Positions 1 to 12,058 of a DNA stretch of 64,000 nucleotides are shown here, in pieces. The translations under genes and the position numbers were made by a program. The stretch spans positions 21,018,001 through 21,082,000 of the forward strand of contig NC_092671.1 in assembly GCF_964355755.1 (NCBI RefSeq), written 5' to 3'. Numbering within the stretch: position 1 is the first letter of the stretch; every line of letters begins with the position of its first letter. Origin of the DNA: Antedon mediterranea. Its lineage: Eukaryota; Animalia; Echinodermata. Below the pieces are notes generated by a model. It saw nothing but the letters and a program-made list of their open reading frames with translations, made no database searches and had not been told where the DNA came from.

Positions 1-402
1 AGTTCGCAGATTTCTGGTCTTTGAATGGCAGGATGATTCGCACTGGTATTTCGGATAAATCTGTTTCACCTTCTGCAGTGTTGTTATTGCTCTCTGCTGG
101 TTTAAAGTTCTGTATGGTTGTTGTTATTAGTTCATCTGGATATTTCAGACGCTTAAAAATCTTCCTTAGAATTTCACATTCATCATTAAAAAGCTGGTGG
201 GTCGACGATAGTTTGTAAGCCCGATTTAACATAGTTATAATAAGTGACCTTTTATACTTGTCAACGTGACTATTGTAGTGTAGCAATAAGCCTGTGTCTG
301 TTGGCTTTCTATAAACCCGTGTGTGCAATTTTTCCAAATCTTTGGTTATCAGCATTCCTAGGAAAGGGATTGAATTGTTCACGGCAGTTTCCATTGTGAA
401 CA
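1..402 (-). mobile_element. Penelope-like retroelement RT fragment (post-YxDD region)
   Basis: Minus-strand translation FTMETAVNNSIPFLGMLI...VYRKPTDTGLLLHYNSH...LNRAYKLSS, typical of PLE RT. Confidence 0.8.
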
Positions 403-745
403 AATGTTCCTTTAACCGAGACAATTCAAGTTATTGCTGATAAAGCATTTACTAACAACTGGTTCAACGATAATTATGGACTAAACTTAGATAAGGACGA
501 TTTAATTGTACTCCTCAATATAGCAACGAAAGATCAGCTATTCCAATTTAATGGTAACTTGTATGAACAGGTTGATGGAGTTGCAATGGGATCACCTCTA
601 GGGCCCCTTATGGCAAATGTATTTATGTGCCACATCGAGGAACGCCTTGAATCTACGAACCACATTCCCAAATACTACAAACAGTATGTTGATGACGCAC
701 TAGTATTCATGCCAAATCTAGAAGCAGCCAATGAATTTTTAGCTT
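403..745 (+). mobile_element. Penelope-like RT fragment (inverted 5' part)
   Basis: FQFNGNLYEQVDGVAMGSPLGPLMANVFM...YVDD, PLE RT core motifs. Confidence 0.85.
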
Positions 746-1094
746 TTTATTTCCACTTTGAAGGTTCGTCGTTAAAGAGACGTTTAGCCCGGTGCCTTTA
801 TTCCACCATGACAATATTCATTTACAAGTGTTGACCTTTTTATTTTTTCTCCTTTTTTATCCCATAGAAAGTCATACATACTATGTTATCAACTTGTTTT
901 ATGACATGTTCAGGTGTTGTTAAAATACTTGTCATGTAAATCAGTTTTGCTAAAGCTAGTTTTTTTTTTTTCTCTTTTGTGGCGTTAACCACTATTTATT
1001 CATTTCATTTCATCAACAGATTAATACAATTATTTCTAATAATAATAATAACTATTCATTGTTATTCTTACTTTTGTTTGGTTTGGTGTATTTA

Positions 1095-1128
<34 letters not shown>

Positions 1129-1529
1129 TTTTTATTTTATCAACGTTACTGTTCTTGGAATCAGAGCATTATTTCTTTTCTGTTATCCACCTTTTTTCAT
1201 AATTTTCTAGTATTTTTTTGTTCTATAATTCTCAACATCTAACATTGTGAACACTTAACTAATAAATGTACTGTAGGAGATACATTTACTAATGTTGTAT
1301 AGTTATTTTCGGTAGTATTTTTGACATACAATTCATTTATACCCTATATACAGATTATATACATTATTTTAAAATACGAATAAAAAAAACAAAAACAAAA
1401 ATATTAAAAATGCTTTTCTTACTCCTGTGTCTAGTTTTATGTCTCATGGTTATATTTGTTTGCTTATCTTCTCGTGCGTTACTTATGTTGCGTTACGTTT
1501 CTTTTTTGTTTTCAATATTAATTTATACA

Positions 1530-2215
1530 ATTTTTTTTTTTTTTTTTTATTTATATTTCATATAAGATAAAATGAAACTGCCTATGTGTATTATACAACA
1601 TTTTTATGTAATATATTTTAAATAATCAGATTCACATCAATATAAATTATAATAGGTGGTTAAGGTAAGATCTTTTGTTTTTTTCCGCCATAAAAAGACG
1701 AGACAATGATCCGGTCCATTTGTTTACATTTTTCAAAGTATGTGCCTTGTAAACGCTGAAGCATCCAATAGAGAACATGTGGTCTACATATTTGTTTCCT
1801 GTACCTAGTACAATGTTTCGATAATTTGCCTCGATCCCAAATTTGTGCATGGTGTAAACGTTAATATATTCCCATAAGGGTTTTACTTCAGTGCATTCAT
1901 AAAAGAAATGGGCATCATCCTCTACTACGTTGCATTGTAGGCAAGTATCTGTGTTGCTTATTTTCCATTTTAACAGCCTTCTTTTGGTAGGTGTTATACA
2001 ATGCAATAGTTTGATGTTCAACTGTTTAAGTTTATTATCTTTAATATCTTTAATTTTTCTTTTCCATGTTACAGACCAATCGTTCTCCATGTTAAAATAT
2101 GTTTCCCATTTTGTTTTACTTTTGGATGGTTCTAGACATTTTTCCTTAATAAAGAAAGAACATATTTGTTTGCTACTCATATTCAAACATCGAACGTGTG
2201 TTGTTTTTGAGTGCT
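1530..2215 (-). mobile_element. L1/Tx1-clade LINE 3' fragment
   Basis: ORF 2186-1647 carries a zf-RVT CCHC motif (CLQC...DDAHFFYEC...W), followed by a short 3'UTR, AATAAA and poly(A) (T-run at ~1530-1548). Confidence 0.8.
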
Positions 2216-2224
2216 AAAGCTAGT

Positions 2225-2490
2225 TGTTTCAAGATTACAACTTTACCAAATAGAGTCAAATTTCTTTTTCGCCAAGAATTGAGTATATGTTTTAGTGATT
2301 CGATTTTTTCGGTCCAATTTTTTGTATAACACAAAGCTTTATCATGGCCTACGAATACACCAAGTATTTTAAAACCAAATATACGTGTGACACAAAAATT
2401 ACAAAAAGAAAGAAGATAAAGAAAAAAAAAAGATGATGATTTCGTACAATCACAAGGAGTTATCCTGCAACTTCGTTGCGGATAACTAAT
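2225..2490 (-). mobile_element. HINE (non-autonomous Helentron) terminal fragment
   Basis: Ends in ...tttcgtacaatcacaaggagttatcctgcaacttcgttgcggataactaa, near-identical to the terminal module at 22290-22339. Confidence 0.65.
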
Positions 2491-2846
2491 AAATCCAGAG
2501 AGACTTGGAATAATGTTAAATCACTAACTGGGTGATGTAAAAATAAAACTTCCTTTAAAATGCTCAGGTTTTAATGATGAAACATTGGCACGATCGTTAA
2601 ATGAATTTTATTGTAGATTTGACACTGATAATTTTGAGGATAAGTTTGTAATAATTTAGATACCAGAAGTAATCCTGTTAACATCTCAGTCAAAGACGTT
2701 ACACAGATCTTCTGTAAAATTATAATTAGGACTAGCAGGTATTTTAATTAGAGAATGTGCAACCCAAATTTCCCCCATTTTACAACATATTTTTCAGCAA
2801 ACACTACAATCAGGTGTTATTCCCTCCATCTAGAAACATTCATTAA

Positions 2847-3671
2847 GGGTATGTTCAGACTCACAGAGTTACGGTTGAGTTATGTACGCGCCGTACATAT
2901 TTTTGTGTCTGAACCATGCCACGGATTAGCGTTAGGGAGCTGTTACTCCGCGCCAGTGGCGTTAATAACTCCAGCGGGAGAGGGTAGATTTCATAAGGCT
3001 AATCCATTGATGCATCAGTGATTTCAACCTCCGGTCAACGTCAGCCAATGAAAAGACACGACCGCAATTAGCAGCAGTCTATTCGCGAGGTTTTTTTTAA
3101 TAGCAAAACAATATAACCTATTCCTCGAGCTAGCCTAGATCAACAGCAACATTCGAATTAAAATGAAACGTGTTACATGGAAAAGTACAGAAGTGGCTGA
3201 TTTGATTTCATTATCAGCCTTGAATTTATAGACAAGATAGAAATTGGAAAGCTAGCGCCGGCAACAAGATGGCTGTTTTTAAAGAAATTGCATCTAAACT
3301 GCAAAATTCTTCCTGACGAAGTTGACGTCGGCGACATGATTTGACAAAATTAATTAAAATCATACAAATAATGGCAAAGTCATTGTCCGTGTAATAATTA
3401 TGTTCAAAATTACTATCTTCTGTAAGGATTTGCAAAAAAATCGGCAAAAAAACCATTGCATTTGAAGGTAACATTGTATTATATTGCTAGGCCTAGCTAA
3501 GTTTTGTAAACTTTCGCGCGTGTCACTCTCAGCTCTGTTGTTACGTTATTGTGTCGCAAGACGTTTGGAATGCTAATCGTTGTATCTGAACACCTTGACT
3601 TTTAACGCCACGGATTACCGTACGCCTTGCGTAGATAACTCCACTGTAACTCCGTGAGTCTGAACATACCC
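2847..3671. mobile_element. PIF/Harbinger-type MITE, copy 1
   Basis: TIR GGGTATGTTCAGACTCAC / GTGAGTCTGAACATACCC with TAA TSD (2844-46, 3672-74). A highly similar inverted copy lies at 45821-46700. Confidence 0.9.
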
Positions 3672-4102
3672 TAATTGTCCCCATTCCTAAATCATCTACT
3701 GTAAACAACTTGAATGATTACTGACCAATCACTGATCATTAAGTGTTTAGAGATATTTATTGTAAATTTAATCAAGCCTGTTGTTGAACCAAAACTTGAA
3801 GCCATGCAGTTCGCATACATTGCGTTCGCATTGTTTTGTAGAGGATGCTACAGCAACCCAGGTCCACTATATCAAAGCGCATCTTGAAACTTCTAACTCC
3901 TATGCACGTCTTCTTTTTATCGACTTCCGCCTTCAACACCTTGCAAAGTCATGTGCTTCTTCCTAAACTTCTAATGAGTTAATTAAAGTGGTCCCAGAGT
4001 ATATAAATACCTAGGAACTACAGTATAATAGACGAAAAGCTGGACCGGTGTATTAACATTCAAAAACTCTATAAAAAAGGACAACAACAGCTTTATCTGT
4101 TA

Positions 4103-4962
4103 CCGTATATTTCGGTGTATAAGTCGCACCTGTGTATAAGACGCACCCCCAACTGAGAGTAAAATATCGGTTTTTTTTATATCGTCGATGTATAAGACGC
4201 ACCTTATATTTCATCAAAACAATGTTTTTTAAAATTGTAATCAATATTATTGTAATAATATATTTTGTTATATCTACAACGGCGTCCTTTATTTAGGTTT
4301 TTTCTTACCTAGGCTCGGCCGCGCCCAGCCTCAACAAGTTGTTTCTAACTTGTTATTCATGAATTTCGCACCCGCGCAACATCGAGTGCATGACCGTGTG
4401 TGTAACATGCACGTGTGTGGGCTAGCCTCGCTCGATCATTTCAAGAGGGCGCACGTTTTCACGGACAATCGTATTCGATTAGTATCTATGTATCCGAGAA
4501 GTGTGTACGCTAGGTCCATGCTATAATCACCTGGAGAATATACTAGTCGAATACCGTACACCATGTGGCCACCAAAAGAAGGGCTTGCGCTTGGGGTACG
4601 GCGATCGTACGTATAACTTCTGTATAAATAAATACTATTCCAATCGTACGACGTAAACGTTTACAAATGAAATTTTATCGGAGTGCCATAATGAATAAAT
4701 CTTTTCATCATATTTAGTATAACATCATGCTGAAATGACTTGAAAACTAGGCAGAAGCAGGTTGCCGTTACGTTAGTTAGTTACTGTAGCTAGGCCTAGC
4801 CTACTCAGGCCTAGCAAACGAGGTGACGATAGCCTAGGCCTAGGCCTAGGCCTATGTACAATCTGTGTAGTGAGGCATTTATGTTCGGTGTATAAGATGC
4901 ACCCTTAATTTAGAGGTCAAATTTGCGTGTCAAAAGTGCGACTTATACACCGAAATATATGG
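4103..4962. mobile_element. Tc1/mariner (pogo-like) MITE
   Basis: TIR CCGTATATTTCGGTGTATAAGTCGCAC / GTGCGACTTATACACCGAAATATATGG with TA TSD. A partial second copy lies at ~32262-32888. Confidence 0.9.
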
Positions 4963-5609
4963 TAAGACAACTTAGGAAATTTAATGTTAGCAAACAAATC
5001 CTTATACTGTTTTACCAGTCGACCATACTTAGTGTTCTTTTTGTAGAATTATCTGGGTGGGAGGCTTGTTTTTATATGAAAAAGATAAGGAACTATTAAA
5101 TAAAATTACCAGAAGGGCTGGGCGGGTTATGGGAGTTGATGTATCCGTACTTAATTTCAACTACAATGCCGGTGTTCTCTCCTTGGTAAAAGATACTCTC
5201 CCAAACAGACCACCCCCTCCATAAGGAATACACTTTCTTCCATCTAATATTCATATCCGTCTGCCTCGAAGCCGTACTAAATGCGGATGACCAACAAGTG
5301 CGGATAACCAATAAATATAAGGTGATCGAATAGTACTGTATGTTGTTAATGACATGAATATGATATATCTGCCACAGTATGCATTTAAGTATAAGGATAG
5401 GCTGGCTTTGTAAAACCAATAATGTTTTTAACTAAATTGTTCTGTTTTACGTAATTGTTTGCATAATAAAAGACACAGACGTATATTCTCTATAATATAT
5501 TAAGTACAGTGCATATGAATAGAGGTAAATTATTATATGCCTAATTAGGTTATATGCATTATCATGCATATAACCTCTTGATTCTGTCAAAATCTTTATT
5601 TGTTTATTT

Positions 5610-6060
5610 ATTCTTTCCTTAGCACTATTTTGTCCGTGAATTATCTTGATATCAGTTTCATCTAGCTAAGTAAATTTTTCAGAGTATATTCCTTATGGCC
5701 AGGAATCGATGTGGTTATGTTTTCACGGTGCGCAATCAAACATTACGTGGTCTACGCGCGATTTAATGAAATCACGTTTGTAATCATATCTTCACAAGCA
5801 TGAATCATTTTAAAACAAAATTTGGTAATCATAAATTTCAGGTCATATTTCATCATATGGCAATACAATTACGTGCGTAGCGCATATAACGCATGCGTAC
5901 GCGCGCTTAAAATGTTCAAAATTGTCAGAATTTATTTTCGATGAAATTAGAGTACGTTTCAGGCAATTTTAAGCGTTTAAAAAATTACCATGAGTGCGTA
6001 GATTTTTGCACGCGCACTGCGCGTCAAACGTTAATGCACACTTTTTTTGACCGATTACTG
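5610..6060 (+). mobile_element. HINE-family internal fragment
   Basis: Clear homology to 57080-57480 (for example gtatattccttatggccaggaatcgatgtggttatgttttcacggtgcgc). Confidence 0.65.
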
Positions 6061-6765
6061 TTGTATAACCTTTCTTTAATAATATCATCATATTTTCAAA
6101 GAGTAACCATTTTTCAATATATTCTTTATATTAAATTATTTATAAATTTCTTTATTATCCACTCAGTAACAAAATATTTTTTTTATAGGCCTATAAATAA
6201 TATGCCACAGTAAAGAGAGTAAAACATTTTCGATTTAATAACGTTGTTAAAATTGTCACTGTCATAGTCGATTGAAACATGTAACGATACACCACTACGA
6301 CGTTTATATTTTTTGAAATTATTAATTAATACAAACGTTGAGAAGCAACTGTCAGTAATAAAGTATTATATTATTATGTGTTTATAATCTAAAAGTAGGG
6401 GCTACCCACACTCACAGTAATAAAGTTCATTAGTATTTGTTTATATTATATCTAACAGTACCAACACACACAATAAGAAATTTGCGATTCAAATAGCGAT
6501 CAAAAGTGGTTACAGTATTGTATAGCATTACAATACTATTTATGTTTATTCTCCAAGGGCCCATAAATTTACCTACTTGTGTTAAACCATGGAGGTATGC
6601 AAGCATGGTTAAACCACTCTCATTTGGTGTCCCCAGGCTATATTTACAGACAGCAATGCTGGCCATCAATTTAGTCCTACTAGGCAATATGATTCATGAG
6701 AGATAACACCCTTCCCACTTCTACAATGTTTGCAAAATTATTGATATCTTCCAAAACATTTTTAG

Positions 6766-6961
6766 GTACTTGGCATGCCTGCTATTGTTGTTCGACATGG
6801 GTCGTTTAAAGGCATGCTTCTAAAGAAGGATAAAAAACGCATTGATGAACGAGACGCTTTCCGTGCAGACCCTACAAAAATGGTGAAACATATGTTAAAG
6901 AAAGCAGGACTCAGAGTTGCTCTTCCGGACAACCACAGACCAGTCACAATTACTTGTACAG
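6766..6961 (+). CDS. MRPL45: MRPL45 (mitochondrial ribosomal protein mL45), internal coding exon A
   Basis: tttttag|GTA acceptor and ACAG|gtactg donor (phase 1). Encodes VLGMPAIVVRHG...KKAGLRVALPDNHRPVTITCT, resembling the KAGLVIP...SIHLACT segment of MRPL45, and splices in frame to the next exon. The first exon was not found in the window. Confidence 0.85.
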
Positions 6962-7224
6962 GTACTGTAAATATGTTACACAAACTATAATATATATTAT
7001 TATTAGGTAGTATTATGTGCTATGGTTATTTGATTGGTTAATAACACATCACAACCACATTATTTTTAAATAAATGCTAAATAAGTCGGTAAAACTACAA
7101 TTTCCAAAACTCATATCTCCAAAAATAAATACGCTGACCGCCGGTAAATTTTATAAAAAAATTAAGTGATTTAAAACTGAACGACTGATTTGAGACTATT
7201 TTGCACACGTTACACAAGCATCCC

Positions 7225-7365
7225 AATGAGTGAGTGGTCAAGCAGGCGAACTGTGTTACCCTGCCATATTAACATCGGAAAAGGGGTCGAGCCTTACTCT
7301 CTCCATGACTATAAACCGTAGGTCCAATGTACACATCTGGCTCATGTGCACCCAGCACATTTTTG
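7225..7365 (+). mobile_element. Possible SINE core fragment (Deu/Nin-domain-like)
   Basis: Contains GACTATAAACCGTAGGTCC, which resembles the conserved core of deuterostome SINE superfamilies. No head or tail is evident. Confidence 0.35.
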
Positions 7366-7379
7366 ATAAAGAGAAAATT

Positions 7380-9090
7380 ACATTTAAACGTCCGTCAGCT
7401 CAATAAGTGCCATTGAGGTGGAGTAGCCTTTTCTAAATCCAAACTGATGCTGAAAAAGGACCTTATTCTTTTGAAGAAAGGAATAAGTTCGATCATATAT
7501 AATGCGTTCAAATAATTTCGAAAAAATGGATGGAAATAGGGTGGTAGTTGCTGATTTCAGAGGTGTTACCGGATTTAAAGACGGGAGTTACAATAGCGCG
7601 CTTTAATTTTTCTGGAAAAATACCGCGTGAAATCGAAGAATTAAAGATATGACAAAGGGGTTTGGAAATACTAATATTGCGATCATGTGGAATTTTACTG
7701 GCAAGTGTGGGTCCAATGTCAACAAAAAAGTCATTGAAGCTATTAGCAATAATCTTTGGATCGCTAGTTAAGGTGCCATTACAATTAATACGTTTTACAT
7801 TGTTGCTTTTGCTGGGAGTAGTATGAAGTACATTTCTAATTGTAGACCAAGTTTTTTTAATATTGTGTTGATGTTTGGTGAAGAGCTTAAGAAAGTAATC
7901 AGATTTTGAAGAGCGAATTATAGTAATGAGCAAATTACGATATCGTTTAAACATCGTTTCATTCTTAGACGTTGGGTTTTAAAAAAATCTGGAATAAAGT
8001 TTTTGCTTGTGCTTAATCGATTTAAGAATGCTAATTGTAACCCAGGACTGGATATTTACATTCTTTTTTAATTTGAACTTAAAAGGAAAACAGGTATTAT
8101 AAATGTCATTTAAAGATGTTTCAAATAAGTTGTAAGCTGAATTTGGATCATTATTGTAAATAACATGATCCCATGACGTTAAATAAGGTTTTAATTTAAA
8201 TTTGTTAATATTTTCGGGACTGAAATTTCTAGAGGGTGGAAGTTCATGATTATTATATTGTTTATCAATTGGAGTGTAAACAATATTAAACACAGGAAGA
8301 TTTTCATATCGAAATTCGTTTGTATGAATATGATCTAAGAGGGTTGCCGTTGTGTCGGTCATTCTAGTAGGTCTGTGAATAAGAGGTAGAAATGAGTTGC
8401 TAAAAAGAGAATTCATAGACATATTAACACGATTATCATACTGGTATTGGATTAAATCGATATTAAAGTCTCCGAGTAAGTAAACAGATTTCTTTTCACC
8501 ATTTAATTTAATTAATATATCATCAAACAAATCAGAAAAATAATTAAAATCAAGACTACCAGCTCTATAAATACAACCGATAATAATATTAGATTGTGAG
8601 GATTGTTCAATTTCGATAAAGATAGAATCACAAACAGATTCAGGCATGCTGACATCATGTCGAACTTTAAATGAAAGATGTTTGTGGACATATATACCAA
8701 CACCACCGCCGCGCTTAAGTTCTCTGTTTTTAGAAACAAAAGCGTAATTTGGAATTTGAACAACTGGGTTATCAGTGTCAAGCCATGTTTCACTACTTGC
8801 AATGATATCAAAAGTAAAATTAATGGATTTAAGAAACCTACATATAGAATCAATGTTACGTTGTAAGCTTCTAGAGTTAAAGTGTATCATTGATAGACAA
8901 TTGTAACTATCAATATTTTTAGTGGCATTTATAAAATCATCAGAGTGGTAGTATTTAGAAATAATTTTATTGGTGTAAAATTGATTATCAGGATCTCTTT
9001 CAGAATTAAAATTTTAAGCGTTCAAGAAGGGGTTAAATACAATATCATCATGCGTGCCCCTGGAGGGATGCGTAGTACGAGATGACATAG
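7380..9090 (-). mobile_element. CR1/L2-group LINE ORF2 remnant (APE endonuclease plus start of RT)
   Basis: ORF 8890-7979: FNSRSL, SETWL, RGGGVGIYV, LGDFNIDL, PTR...LDHI. ORF 7954-7508: LCHIFNSSISRGIFPEKLK...NYHPIS. Frameshifted and internally deleted. Confidence 0.88.
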
Positions 9091-9299
9091 AACAATTAGA
9101 CGGAACATTAAACATTGATAAAATAAAAAACTAGCAAATGAAAGAGCAGCCGAGATGGATTCAGGACATGTTTAGAGACGAGGCAAAAATTCAAAATGCA
9201 AAATTAGACAGCAGTAAATATAAAGCAAATAGGTGTACAATTGATCAAGTGAAATCAATATATGCGGACAGAAAAATCGGTACAAATTATGCAAGTACA

Positions 9300-9555
9300 G
9301 AATTCAATTGAACAAAGAACATACACAGATGCATATACAGTTTAAATATTCAAGGAAGAAAACAAGATATGCAAATATCAAAAGGTGGTACAGATATGCA
9401 AATACGGAATTCAATTGAACAAAGACATACACTAATATGCTAATACAGTTAAAATATTCAAGGAAGAAAACAAGATATGCAAATATCAAAAGGTGGTACA
9501 GATATGCAAATACGGAATTTAATTGAACACATACACTAATATGTTAATACAGTTT
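9300..9555. repeat. ~108-bp tandem repeat (about 2.3 copies) in the LINE inter-ORF spacer
   Basis: aattcaattgaacaaag...ggtacagatatgcaaatacgg is repeated at ~9301, ~9408 and ~9516. Confidence 0.75.
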
Positions 9556-9682
9556 GAATGTTCAAGGACGTAAACAACAAGAACCGACTAATTTATTCAA
9601 GATGCAATGAAATAATAAAATGGCAGTTACAGCAGGCATTAACTGTTCACAAGGAAAAAACAAAAAAACAACAAAAGAAAAG

Positions 9683-11143
9683 TGGCCGTACTCACCAATC
9701 ACACTTAAGTGAGATATTTCCCTTAAATCCTAAGGATTTCCCTTAAATCAAGAAAATATTAAGGGTTTCACTTAAGTGGTATTCACAAAGGGTTTAAGGT
9801 TAAGGGAAACCCTTAACTTGGTCTATTTTTCCCTTAACTTTTAAGGGACCTCAGAGGTCCCTTAAAAGTTCCCTTAACTCTATTCGTACCTTGGTTTTGC
9901 TGACGATTCTGCAAGTGCGAGTACTATGCCTACTTATAGATGGCCCCAGTCTAGGCTAGGTAGAGATGCTAGGCCCCCTGTTGGTCTGCCCACTAACCAG
10001 CCTAGGATTCATGTTTGGTTTGAGTAGCATCTAGACCTTTTTTTGCTGATCCCCACCCATACAAATTAGTCTATGCCTATATATTGATTTATTTGTTTTG
10101 TTTTGACTGCCATTATTTTTGTGGAAGATGGCTTCCCATTTCGTTGTAATAGAAATTAGCCCCATTCTAGTAGGCTAGGTTCAACTTTAACGATTACGAT
10201 CGTTACGATCGTTAAAACTGACCAATCAAATGGTCCACAAATTACGTCATTGCAGTTTGTGAAAAAATAGGTACGCGCTGACATTCTTGAATGTTTACAA
10301 CGCGACGATGTTTTTCACCTTTTTTGTACACTTTTAAGGTCTGATATTTAAAAAAAACAAGTGTAAGTTAAATTAAATTATAATATTAAACCAATTAAAT
10401 TCAATGTTTGTCTTTAGTGTAAGCCTAGATTAAGATATCAACGAAAGTATGTCCTAGGCTGGGTTTAAGCATCAAAACCCGTAACTTTTTCAATTTTCAC
10501 GCGGTCCCGGCTGCGCGTGGCCGGCCTTAGTTTTGCAACACTTCACGTCCGCGTGTCCCAGCAACGCTCGAGAGAACCAAGAAACTATGAACGATCGCGT
10601 AAAAATGTGTAAATATTAGCGGTCCGACTCGATCATCGTCATCGCTATTTTATTTTCAACTTTAACGATTTTAAAAACTCAACGCAACTCAACGTATTTC
10701 AACGTCGACAGGAAAACAGGCTTTAGTAGCATCTAGGCTAGACCTATTTTTCTTGATCCTCATACAAATTAGTCTAGGTTTAATATTCATTTACTTGTTT
10801 TTGTTTTGACTGCCATCGTCACGTCTATACATTTTTCTCTTCATCCTCCCCGTCCCCCCAACCCCTTACTCTTTTTTTAAATATGCAAATTAGTTTTGGA
10901 GAGGAAAGTGATTGGACCATAGGGGAATTAAATCCTCTGTGATTGGACAATGGGACAACTCATGAATATTTATGATTATTTTTACCCTTAAGTTTTACCC
11001 TTAAATTAAGTGTTTCCCTTAGGTAAGTGAATCCCTTAACTCATTTGTGAATACCCCTTAAGTGTTTCCCTTTGTTAAGGGAATTCTTAAATTTTAAGGG
11101 TAAGTATTTCCCTTAGCCTAAGTGAGATTGGTGAATACGGCCA
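9683..11143. mobile_element. Harbinger-like MITE with CCCTTAA-rich subterminal repeats
   Basis: TIR TGGCCGTACTCACCAATCACACTTA / TAAGTGAGATTGGTGAATACGGCCA. Flanks AAG/CAG form an imperfect 3-bp TSD. Inserted between ORF1 and ORF2 of the LINE. Confidence 0.75.
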
Positions 11144-11181
11144 CAGTTCTTTTTGTAGTCAGTCTGAGTAATCTTGAGAAA

Positions 11182-11580
11182 TTAACCAAGTTGATCAAGC
11201 GATTTTATTAGCGCGGTGACTGTTGTCCCACGGTTGGTAAAAGTTGCATAAATTCGTCCTCCCGATGACCAGGATCTAGAAACGTTTTGGTGTGTATAAA
11301 CGCGATGAAAAAAGTCACTACGGGTCTTGGTCAGATCTTCATGTATTGATACACCAGAACCTTTGAGTTTTTTCCTAGACGTGATTATCTTGTTCCTTAG
11401 GTTATACGAAACAAGTTTAACTAAGATGGCTCTAGGTCGATCTGAGTTCTTCCTCCCAACGCGATGAGATCGGTCAATATCGCCAATACAACACTTAATA
11501 CCAAGCTTGACATTACAAATATCACTCACAGCGTTATCCATGTTTTCGGCGTCAGACTCCTTCACACCGTATATCCTTAA
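11182..11580 (-). mobile_element. LINE ORF1 C-terminal half (RRM/CTD type)
   Basis: LRIYGVKES...DIDRSHRVGRK...PRAILVKL...SIHEDLT, a typical CR1/L2 ORF1. Same strand as, and upstream of, the ORF2 remnant. Confidence 0.85.
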
Positions 11581-11584
11581 TGAA

Positions 11585-11910
11585 ATTGAAAAAATTCATC
11601 TCCTTCCCAATATATTTTTGACATAAAATTTTCGTTTTTCATGAAGGTGAAAAATAAACGTTGAGACTTACCAACGTTTCGTGCGTTAGCATCGCACTTT
11701 CTCAAGGTAGTGGTGTCAGCTTGGTTTGCCGACACTGATCATGGCATAGTCATGTGATGTTGTTGTGACATGCGCCCTCTCTGAGTTATTGCTTGAAAAC
11801 CTCTGGGTGAATCCCAGAGGGGTCCGCCCCGGCCGGCCGTCTCACTTCTAACAGGTCATCATATATGTGTGGCAGCCACTTTCCTCCTTGGTCTGATGTT
11901 GATGTTCGCT
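11585..11910 (-). mobile_element. Penelope-like element 3' end (GIY-YIG C-terminus plus pLTR)
   Basis: Minus-strand DQGGKWLPHIYDDLL followed by CCTTGAGAAAG-TGCG-ATGCTAA-CGCA-CGAAACGTTG. Confidence 0.65.
11672..11707 (-). ncRNA. Minimal hammerhead-ribozyme-like motif of a Penelope pLTR (variant core)
   Basis: UUGAGAA + stem II (GUGCG/CGCAC) + GAAAC. The core deviates from CUGANGA. Confidence 0.4.
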
Positions 11911-12058
11911 AATAACAATAATAATTTTTGCGTCAGGACAATGCTTCGGTAACCACTGGTCTTAAAAGAATTAATTTTTGTCTCAAATTTGTCATATATG
12001 TATTTTTGTACACTTGAAGAATAATATCACTTTTGATATTTGACCTCAATGTTCACTC

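Larger units (their letters stand above)
2495..5030 (+). mobile_element. Degenerate Rex1/Babar-like LINE RT interrupted by two MITEs
   Basis: Remnant peptides PSI*KHSL|IVPIPK, HYIKAHLETSNSYARLLFIDF and QQLYL|RQLRKFNV become contiguous when the MITEs at 2847-3671 and 4103-4962 are removed. Confidence 0.65.

Noticed and set aside
979-1242. Hydrophobic 87-aa ORF
   Set aside because: Low-complexity T-rich/(TA)n sequence, probably a LINE UTR.
3226-3474. ORFs shared by the two Harbinger MITE copies (also 46090-46413, 2755-3021, 46526-46783)
   Set aside because: They are similar only because the DNA is duplicated, and they show no recognisable domain on these strands. A short Myb-like remnant on the opposite strand (KRVTWKSTEVADLI) is possible but too degraded to call.
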